From Streptosporangiales bacterium (GTDB taxonomy: Bacteria; Actinomycetota; Actinomycetes; Streptosporangiales; Streptosporangiaceae): a stretch of DNA of 43,847 bases. The notes under the pieces were generated by a model. That model was not told the origin of the DNA, ran no database searches, and saw only the letters and a list, made by a program, of their open reading frames with translations. Position 1 is the first letter of the stretch. Every line of letters begins with the position of its first letter. The stretch is taken from NCBI GenBank assembly GCA_017882645.1, contig JADGPC010000021.1:1-43847 (forward strand), in the 5' to 3' direction. Shown here piece by piece: positions 7,982-17,500 of the stretch. A program made the translations under genes and the position numbers.

Positions 7982-10900
7982 TCAGCTCGCCGCCTTCTGC
8001 GCGAACTGGCCGTCGGGTCCGGTGATCCTGACCACGAAGCCGGCTACGGCAGCCGTCGTCACGACCGTATAGGTGTACGGCGGGCCGGCCAGGCTGCGGA
8101 CCAGGTAGGACTCCGGCACCGGCCCGATCGGCAGCCGGGCCGGCACGCTCGGCAGCGGGATCGTCAGCGCCGGCGGTGGCGGGAGCTGGAACGGCTGCTG
8201 CTTGACGCCGGTGACCCGCAGGACGTAAGGCCCGTCGAGCAGCGCGGTCACCGGCGAGGTGCTGGTGAACGTCAGGACGGTCTGGCGCGGCACGCCGGGA
8301 AGGACCCGCATGACCAGGTTCTCCAGGTCCGGCGGCGGATCGGCGGGGCCGGCCGGAATGGTCAGCAGCTGCGCGCCGGTCCGGCCGATCGGATCGGTGA
8401 TGCGGACCGCGAAGTCGACGGCGTCGGTGACGGCAGCGCGGCGGACGATGGCCAGGTAGGTGGTGACACCGAAGGACGTGCCGTAGATCCACACACCGGA
8501 CCCGGCCGCCGGCTGGGCCGTGCCGAGCGCGTCGAGCGTGGTGTCCAGGGACAGCAGGGGCGTCGTGCCGATGGGAGCGCCGGGCACCTTGGCGCGGACT
8601 GCTAGCTGATGCGGCCCGAGCGGCGTCCTGGGCACCGGCGAGGCGCAGGTCCACTCCAGATAGACATCGCCAGCACCTGGTCCGCCGCCCGTCAGCAGTC
8701 CGGGGATGGACGGGCCATTGGGCGGCGGCAGCACGACCCAGGCGGCGTTGCTCGCGGCGGAGCGCCCGGCCAGGCCGCCGCGGGTGGCATCATCGCCGGT
8801 CCACGCGGTGGCGCGGTACCAGACCCGCTTCCACGAGCCGGGCGGGGCGTCCGCCCCCTGGGCGGTAGAAATGTACGGGCCGTAGACCGGGTCGGGCACC
8901 TGGGTGACGGTCCATCCACCGCCGCTCGCCGTCAGCCGCGCCACCGGCGGCCCCATCGTGTCGAGTTCCCTGGCGGCGTCGTCGACGCGGACCCGGTGCA
9001 GGTCGATACGCACCGGCCGGGGACCAGGCCGGGTCGTGACCAGGACGCTCGCCGTGAAGGCGGGCGGCATGACGGTGGTGTCGAGCACGCGCTGGATCTC
9101 GATCGTCGGCGCGGCTGGCGTCGTGATGCGCGGAGCCGCGACCGCGATCAGCGAGTCGTCGGCAGCCGGGCCGCCGGGCCAGTCGCTCTCGACCTGGCCG
9201 GCGCTGACGCCGAGGACGACGTACAGGTGGATACCGGTCGACCCGCGCGGCAGGGTGACGTCGAGGCTGGACCCGGTCAGCGCGGTCGCGTTCAGCCGGG
9301 TGAACGGCCGCCGCAGCGGGTTCGCCAGGAACGCGTTCCTCAGGACGGTGAGCCGCTGGTCGAGCGTGTCCGACTGGGCAGGCTCCGGCAGGCCGCTCGC
9401 GTCGGCGAAGGACGCTTCGGTGGACTCGTAGACGTAATAGCCGGCCGCGTTCGGCTGGGCGGTCCAGCTGATCTGGACGTGACTCGACCCGGTCGCGTCC
9501 GGCAGGCTGCCGAGCAGCACGTGCGGCACGGGCACGACCGGAGGCCGCGGATCGCCGGTGGAGACGATCACGGGCTGGGCCGACCAGGGCGTCAGCCGCT
9601 GCGGAGCGATCTGCTCCTGGCCCTGCGCCCAGATCGCCATCCCGGCGAACCCGGTGGTCGCGAAGTCGATGGCCAGACCGGACATCGTGAGCCGGTACCG
9701 CCTGGTGTCGTCGCCTTGCGCGGAGCCGAATCCACCGGCCTGGTCTCCGTTGGCGGTCAGCGCGACCAGCACCGATCCGGGAGCCGACGGCACGTCCCCG
9801 GAGAAGGTCACGACGAGCGGCCCGCCGCCGCCGGCTAGCGACCGGTCGAGCCCGGCGGGAATCGTCAGCGAAGGCGGCGGGTCCCCGTGGCCGGTGGCGG
9901 GGTACATCAGTCCGGTGAACGTCACCTGCAGCGGCGAGCGAATCCGCCAGTCCCAGCAGAATTCCAGCTCCAGCGTGGTAGCACAGACCGACCCGCTGGC
10001 CGGCCCGGAGGGCGTCAGTGTCGCGCCCACGATCTGGACGGGCTCGAGGTCCGGCTGGAAGAGCGACTGGTCGACCGACGTCCATGGCGACCACTGGCCG
10101 TAGCTGTCGGCGATCGCCGCCCCGTACTTGACCTGCCGGGTGCCTGGGCTGGCCGGGATGCCGAGCTCGCGGTCGACTACGTTCAGCCGGAAGAACTCGG
10201 GGTCCGGTGTCTGCGTCGACTGGTTGATCGCGATCGGCCGGTAACCGCCGCTCGGCCGGGGATCCAGCAGCGTCACAGCGGGCTCGGCCGGGGCGATGCC
10301 CGCCCGGGCCGCCGCGAAGCTCGCCAGGCGTACTAGCTGCGAGGCCGCCGGCCGGTCCCAGCTCACCCGGATCGAGTCGCGCCAGTCGCCGTCGGCAGCG
10401 ATCGGCCGCAGGGCGCCCAGTTCGGCCGCGGCCATGTTCGCCGGGGCGTCCGGCGGGAACGCCGCGCCCGGGGCCGGGATCACGGCGGCGTAGTCCGCCG
10501 GCCCTGACGCGCCGTCCAGGCCGTTCTCCCAGTGCGCCGTGATCATGAAATCCTGCGGACCGCGGCCGACGATCCCGACCTCGCTCTGCGGCGCGTCGTA
10601 CGCGGTGCCGAAGCCGAGCGCCAGAGTGAGGAAGGGGTCGGCCGACGCGGCCATCAGGGTCATCGGCAGCGGAGCGAGCTGCGTCGTGCTGCCGCCGCCG
10701 CTCATCTGCTGGCCGGAAGAATTCTCCGGTGGCGGCAGCGGCACATTGATGACCTGCGCGGCCTGCTGATCGGGCGGGAACCCGGCCACAATGTCGTGCA
10801 GCGCGTCGAGCAGCTCATCGTTCACCTCGGTGACCAGTGCCGGATAACTGGGTGCGGCCCAGACCGGGGCGGGGTAGCCCGCGCCCAGGTCAGGTCCCCA

Positions 10901-11569
10901 CCCGAACGGGGGTGCGCCGCGCGCGAGCCGGTCAGCGGCGGCGGACTCGGCGTCGGTGAACGAACCGACGATCCCCTGCGGCTCGCCCTGCTTGCCCACG
11001 TCACCCCATCGCCCGAGGCTCACCGGCAGGCCAGCCAGCTCGATGAGCGTCCAGCCGGCGGAATTGGCGAGGCCGCCTGGACCGAGGCCGCGAACCGCGG
11101 TCACGCTGACGCCCGGCGCGACGAGCAGCCCGTCGATCACGGGCGCCGCCACCTCGACGGTGGATGTGCCCGGGTACAGCGTGGCGATGCCGCCGATGGT
11201 CGAGGCCGTCGGGCCGCCGCTGAACGTCAGCACGTATCCGCCGGCCGCGGGCACCTCCACGTCGACGCTGACCCTGGACATGGCCCCGTCCGGCCAGGTG
11301 ATCATGGTCAGCAGGTCGGCGAACAGGAGCTGCCGCGACGAGATCGTGAGGGTCTGCCAGGGCGGAGCCGCCGCGTGCGGCCGCGCCCAGATCCCGAACG
11401 GCTCGGTCGGCATGCCCATGCTCGCCTTGAGCATCCAGCGCAGCTCGAGTACCGAGCCGTACGGCTTGAGGTTCCCGCCCGGCAGCCCGAGCCGCTTCGC
11501 CACCGCGTCCCAGTTGACGATGGCGCCCTCGCCGTGGAAGAGGGCCGGGTCGACGACGTACGACGGCAT
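7982..11569 (-). CDS. Giant protein B (1195 aa), unknown function; FN3-like module
   Basis: Track ORF 7982..11590. Start placed at ATG 11569 (MPSYVVDP), 2 nt after the stop of protein A (TGAccATG), with GGAAGAGGTGGA upstream. No signal peptide. SSHVQISWTAQPNAAGYYVYEST (about 9176-9538) looks like a fibronectin-III-type module. Otherwise unrecognised. Confidence 0.85.
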   Translation of the reverse strand: MPSYVVDPALFHGEGAIVNWDAVAKRLGLPGGNLKPYGSVLELRWMLKASMGMPTEPFGIWARPHAAAPPWQTLTISSRQLLFADLLTMITWPDGAMSRVSVDVEVPAAGGYVLTFSGGPTASTIGGIATLYPGTSTVEVAAPVIDGLLVAPGVSVTAVRGLGPGGLANSAGWTLIELAGLPVSLGRWGDVGKQGEPQGIVGSFTDAESAAADRLARGAPPFGWGPDLGAGYPAPVWAAPSYPALVTEVNDELLDALHDIVAGFPPDQQAAQVINVPLPPPENSSGQQMSGGGSTTQLAPLPMTLMAASADPFLTLALGFGTAYDAPQSEVGIVGRGPQDFMITAHWENGLDGASGPADYAAVIPAPGAAFPPDAPANMAAAELGALRPIAADGDWRDSIRVSWDRPAASQLVRLASFAAARAGIAPAEPAVTLLDPRPSGGYRPIAINQSTQTPDPEFFRLNVVDRELGIPASPGTRQVKYGAAIADSYGQWSPWTSVDQSLFQPDLEPVQIVGATLTPSGPASGSVCATTLELEFCWDWRIRSPLQVTFTGLMYPATGHGDPPPSLTIPAGLDRSLAGGGGPLVVTFSGDVPSAPGSVLVALTANGDQAGGFGSAQGDDTRRYRLTMSGLAIDFATTGFAGMAIWAQGQEQIAPQRLTPWSAQPVIVSTGDPRPPVVPVPHVLLGSLPDATGSSHVQISWTAQPNAAGYYVYESTEASFADASGLPEPAQSDTLDQRLTVLRNAFLANPLRRPFTRLNATALTGSSLDVTLPRGSTGIHLYVVLGVSAGQVESDWPGGPAADDSLIAVAAPRITTPAAPTIEIQRVLDTTVMPPAFTASVLVTTRPGPRPVRIDLHRVRVDDAARELDTMGPPVARLTASGGGWTVTQVPDPVYGPYISTAQGADAPPGSWKRVWYRATAWTGDDATRGGLAGRSAASNAAWVVLPPPNGPSIPGLLTGGGPGAGDVYLEWTCASPVPRTPLGPHQLAVRAKVPGAPIGTTPLLSLDTTLDALGTAQPAAGSGVWIYGTSFGVTTYLAIVRRAAVTDAVDFAVRITDPIGRTGAQLLTIPAGPADPPPDLENLVMRVLPGVPRQTVLTFTSTSPVTALLDGPYVLRVTGVKQQPFQLPPPPALTIPLPSVPARLPIGPVPESYLVRSLAGPPYTYTVVTTAAVAGFVVRITGPDGQFAQKAAS

Positions 11570-11571
11570 GG

Positions 11572-14500
11572 TCAGTCCACCTCTTCCCACGGAGCGGCCG
11601 ACAGCGTCATGTCGAGCACGGGGTAGAAATCGTCGGTCGCGCCCGGCCCGTCGAGATACGGCTCGGTGTGCACGACCCGGCGCAGCGCCAGCGTGACCCG
11701 CTTCCCCCTGCTGCCCGGCTTGAGCGTGATCAGGGCCCGCTGCCCGCCTGGCGCGCGGACCACATAGTCGACTACGTCATCGCCGCCAGCCTGCGCCGCG
11801 AGCTCCAGCCACGGCTGCGGCATCAGCTCGTAGCGCTGGGCCGACATCGGCGGCGGTCCGGTCACGGCGGTCGGGATCGGCCGGTCGCGCCACATCGGCT
11901 CGGAAGCGTCGATCAGCAGCGCGGCCGGCTGGGGCGCGGGCGTTTCCGGATCCCAGAAGACGGTGACGCCTGGAGTCTTCGGTACCGCCACGGCGGGCAG
12001 CCCCGCGCCGCTGAGCGCGGTATCGAATTCCGCGCCCTGCGGGTCGCGCCAGGCGAAGGCCGGCCCGATCGCCTGGAGCTTGCCGGCGTCGTCGGCGTGC
12101 ACGCCGCGATGCGCCACCTTGCTCGTCCGGAACGACGCGGCGAAGTCGGCCGCGGTCGCGAACCCGCCGGTCGAGAACGAGCCGCGCCAGACCCGTACCC
12201 CGGGCGAGCCTTCGGGCGCCGCGACGTCGAGCATCTCGATGTCCAGCAGGTAGTCGGTGAACAGGTCAAGCGGGATCGGGATCGTCACCGACGAGTGCCT
12301 GATCCGCTCGCCGCTGACGTTCACGCACGGGAGGCTGGCCGAGGCAAGTGCCTGGGCTGAGTTCTCCCACGGCGACAGGATCGTGGCCGGAAGGAACTGC
12401 AGATTCGCCGGGGTCAGCGGGTACGGATGCGGCACGCCGGGCGGGCCGCTCACCGGAACGTAGGACGCTGGCCGCAGCCGGGCCTGGAGTTTCTTGCCGT
12501 AGGCGGCATACAGGTCGCCGACGTTGCTGGTGGCGAACACGACCCGGACGGTCTCCGAGCCGAAGAAATGGGGTTCGGCCTCGCCAGGCAGTGCCACCAG
12601 CACCCACGGGTCCAGCCTGGCGGGCGGCTGAGCATCAGTCGCGAACCAGAATGTCTGAAGCTGCCCGGTCACGGTCTGCTGATCCGATGGCGGTTTCCCC
12701 TGGGCACGTCTCTCCCGGCTCGCATCCCAGGTCACGCTGACCTGGTATTGCTGGCCGGGCACTAGGAGCGCGTTGTCGGAGCTGTTCAGCCCCAGCGCAT
12801 CGGAGAGTACCTGCTGCTTGCGCACCTGCTCGGTGGTGTCGTAGTCGGAGCGGGTTAGCTCCGAGCTCTTTAGTGCCTCGATGCCGCCGATGTAGAACGG
12901 CCGCAGCGAGATCTCGCGGCGGATCTGCCGCGACGGCGGCGGGCAGCCGATCTGTACTCGGTCCGCGCCAGGTGCCCCCTTGATCTCCACGAACACGGGC
13001 GTGTAGTCGTTTTTCGCGGCCATGGCGGCGAGATCCTCGAGCCCGATGACATCGAAGTGCCAGGGGCTGGCCGGTTCCAGCCAGGACGCCGGAAGGGCCA
13101 GCGGCGGAACGGCGTCGGCGCCGGTGACTACATGGCTGTCGTAGATCGTGTCACTGGCGTCGCTCGCGCAGACGACCACCGTCGCGCCGTACAGGAACCG
13201 GGTCGGGACCCACAGGTAGAAACGCGCGTACTCGAACGGGCCGAAGGTGAGGACGACCGCGTCGTCCAGCGGCCCGGGCTTGAACTGCCGCTGACTCCAG
13301 GCATCGAGGACCAGCGGCTCGCGGGTCTGGTCGCCGATATCGATCGGGCGCCCGTCGTCGAAGATTGGCGAGGCGAGGGCCCAGCCATAGCAGCCGTCGG
13401 TGGCCGGGGCGCCCGGATGAGGCGATCCGGGGAGCAGGCCGCCGCGGATCGCGCGGATCGGGTTGCCGGCGAGCGGCGGCTGGGTTCGGGCGGCTCTGCT
13501 TGCTGTTACCGCCCGCTGGGCGGGCGTGCGGCCGTCCGGGCAGGGCACGGTCGACACCTCGACCTCGGCGGGCACGATGCCGCGCATGCGGTCAGCGAAC
13601 TTGTCGCCGCAGCGCCATCGCTCGGTCACGGTCAGAGCCAGGTCGGGCGGCGCCGACCGGATCGTCCCCGGCGGGTCGGGGAACGGCTGGCCGAACGGCT
13701 CCCAGCCGGCGTCCGACGGACCGGCAAGCTGGTAGAAGAAGGTCCAGAAGACCGGGGCCGGCGGCGCGGCCGGGTCGCAGACCGTGCCCCATTTCTCGAT
13801 CGTGGTCTCGTCCAGGTAGACGCTGGATCCGACCGCTTTCGGAGTGGGGTCGGGAACCCAGCTCAGCAGCGCGAGCTGGGCCTCTAGCGCCAGATCGCCG
13901 GCCTTGGTGTTCCACCAGGTGGCGGGAGTAGCGCCGGCTGTGACCGGGCCGGTCAGGCTCACCGCGGTCAGCGTGTACCGATACCAGACGTCACCGCGCT
14001 GGACCCAGCCGTCGGCCGAAGCGTCGGGCGTACCGCCGATTGCCTGGCCGCTGAAGGTCAGCGCGGGGTCCTGCAGCGGCGGCATCGCGAGCATCAGGGC
14101 GGGCAAGATGTCGATCGGGACGACCGGAAGGTTCGGCGGCGAGCCGCCCGAGTCGGCCTCGACGGCGCTGGCCAGGCCGGAGTCGATCGGCTTGTCGACC
14201 CCTGTCCCGACCACCAGGGCAGGTGAACGGCTGATCAGCTTCACCGACGCGACCAGCGGCGGCGGATCGGGAACCGGGACCGAGTCCGAGCCAAGCGACA
14301 GGCTGACGCAGGCCGAGATGGAGAAGAACAGGAAGTCGACCTCGCCGCAGACTTGGCCGCTGATCTGGGCGACGTGGCCGCCCTGGCCGTCGTCGCCCAC
14401 GTTGACGTCCAGCTCCGCCCACACGCTGATGTCGACGATGAACAGGTGCAGCGTGCCGCGCACGCTCATAATGCCGGCCAGCCGGAACGGGGAAAAGCCG

Positions 14501-17500
14501 AGTACCGCGTCGAACCCGGCGGCGAGCTGTGCGTACAGCGGGCCGATGCCCCACTTGTAGGACACGTGCAGGCCGGTGGCGATCGAGAACCCGGTAACGG
14601 CCGGGAGATTGTCGTGGGCCGGGATCCCGCTGCCCGACAGCATGAGGTAGCCAGCTGCGTCGAAGACCTGGAAGACGCTGGCCTGGACCTGGCTGGAGTA
14701 CTCGCCGAGGTACAGATGCCAGTCGCTGGTGTCGTTGAAGTCGAAGAACGCCTCGACCGGGATCTTGATCTCGATCAGCGGGTCGATCTCGAAGTCGACC
14801 GACAGCCCGATCGTCAGCGTGCCCCGGCCGAAGTCTAGGTCGATCACGGCGAGGAACGTGCCCTCCGCGTCACCTTGCAGGTCAGGCAGCGCCGCCAGCA
14901 GGTTCGCCTTCATAACGAGCAGCAGGCGCGGGCCGGGCAGCTCGAGCAGGACCATGCCCTTGAGGTTGAACAGGATGTCGGTGCCCTCGGTGCCCAGCAG
15001 CGCGCCGACGCCGAACGCCCAGCTGCCCACCTTCGGCGTCCAGTACTGCGGGTTGGCGACGTCACCGTGGGCGGCCTTGAGCCAGGCCAGCTCGGGCGCC
15101 TCGATGCTGCCGGCCGGGATGATGCTCATGTCCCGTTCGAAATTCATCGCGAACAGGCCGATCAGGCCGTAGATGCCCAGGCCCGAGTCAGCCAGCGGGA
15201 TGGCCACGGGGAAGTCGACCTCGAGTGAGGCCCGGACGCCGGTCGCCGGGCCGCCGTTGGCCGCGGAGATCTGGGCGATGGCCAGCGTCGCCGCGATCCT
15301 GATGTTGACCGGGGTGATCGTCAGGTCGAGCGCGCCCTTGATGACCGAATCGCCCTGAGCATCGGCGCCGACCTCCGCGTAGCCCTTGCCGGACAGGGCA
15401 CCGGGGATGTCCACGCTCGCGCCGAACGCCGTCAGCTCGGGAGGGCCACCAGGGCTGAGGTTCAGCCTGACCCGCGCCCGGTCGATCGACACGACTCCGA
15501 GGTCGATCGCGACGCCGAGGTCGATCTCGGCGTAGAACGGGTTGTTTCGCGAGAGACGGGCACCGAGGATCTTCAGGATCTTGTCGAACGGGTCGTGCAC
15601 CTGGATCGCGCCGGGCTTCGAGGCGTCGATCGTGTAGCCCTTGGCGGAGTCGAAGTACGGCCGGAACTGGAATTTCGGCTGGCCGGGCGGATTGCCGATG
15701 ATGAACCCGATCGCCTTGTAGCGGACCACCAGCGGCGTCTGGCGCGGGATCGTGATGATGTCGAGGCCAGCGATCGAGATGTCGGCCGAGATCGCCGTCT
15801 CGAGGTCGACCAGGATCAGGACCTGGTCGCCGTCGGGGCGGGCCTGCAGGTCGAACTCACCGCCGTACCAGATCACCCGCTCGACCCGGAACCATGGCAG
15901 CGCGGCCATGCCGGCGACGACAGCGAATCCGGCCGCGGTAACAGCCAGCTCGACTTCCGCGCCGTCGGCGGCCGCCGCTCCGGCCGAGTCGGCGATCAGC
16001 GGCCAGAAGGCGATCCCCAGGCCGAGGAAGTCCAGGCCGTAGCCGGGATCGGGCAGCGGATCAGGGGCCGGCGGCAGCCAGCCGATCATCTTGAGGCCGT
16101 CCTTATCGGCCGGGTCCGCGCCGAAATAGCCGCTGACCGTGATGACGTCGGTTGCGTCGTCGATCTGGACGACCAGCCGGATATCGATAATGCCGTCGGC
16201 CGGATTCTGGCTGCCGACGTCGCCCCATTGCGGGATCTGGGCATTCGGCACCCCGCCGCGGGCCAGCTGGTTCTCGCTCGGGGTCTGGATGTCGAACTTG
16301 CCGGAGATCTCGCAGGCGACGAAGTGGTCGCGGACGATCCGGACCTTCGCGTCGACCTTCTTGAACCAGCTGGGAGACGGCGGCGGGGTGGCGGTGGCCG
16401 GGTTGTCGGGGACCGGCACCGGCTGGGCCGGCTCGGCGGCTGGCCGGGTCACCGTGCCCGTCGTGGTCGTCCCGGGCGCCGGCTGCGGCGACCACGTTGC
16501 CTCGGCCTTCCAGAACGTCCGGCGGACGTCGGTGCCCGGACCCTGGCTCGGCCAGCTGGTCATGTCCGGGGCGGCGGTCACGTTCGTGAAGGTCGTGCCC
16601 TGGTACTTCCCGATGATCGCCTGCAAGCCCGTCGCGCGATTGGCGGCGAGCTGGTTGTTGTATGTCCAGGCGCTGCTGGCCGGACCGGTGTCGTCGCCGG
16701 CCTCGTAGCTGGCGTAGCCCTTGATCGTGATGGCGGTATCGGCGGCCAGATCCTTCAGCAGCGGGGCCAGCGCGGTCGCGACGTCGCTGCCGCCCGGCCA
16801 CGGGGCGGTCAGGCCCTGGTCGGCGGCTGGCTCGGTGCGGGTGTTGCCGGGAATAGTCGAGTAGGCAGCCGCATCGTCGACGTTCGGCTTGGGATGGTCA
16901 AAGCGGTAGTAGGCGGTGAAAGTGCCGATGCCGGCCGCTGCCCCGGGCACCGTGGCGGTGACGCTGACGGTGTCACCGGGGGCGCAGTCGACGGTGGTCG
17001 TCGGGCCGGTGCCGGCCGCCGAGCCGTTCACGGTCCACTGGGCACCGGCGGCGGCCGACGGGTCGGCGTTCACGCCGATCGTCGCCTGGCTGGACGTCTG
17101 CGAGATGAGCGTGAGCTGGGGCTGCTCGACCGGGAGGCCGTTCTGGGTGACGGACGTCGTCTGCAACTGGACGCCGGGGTTATCAGGGGTCGGCGTCGTG
17201 CCGGGCGGCGGCGGGGCCGAGGCGGGCTTCAGATTCGCGGTGATGGTCAGCTCGGTCTTGATTGCTCCCGGCTGGGAGCCGGTCGCCGAGACCTTGATCG
17301 TCATCGAGGTGCCGGTGCCGAAGTCCACGTCGAATAGCCGGCCAGGTGCGTCGGCACTGCCGCCGATCTGCGCGCTGGCCGTGTACGGGGTCAGGCCGCC
17401 GTCGATGTCGACGACCATCCGCGTCTTCGCGGGCAGCGCGACGGTTGCCGTGTCGTCGCCGGTCCTGGTGATCGCAAAGCATCGGCCGGCCGCGTCGTAG

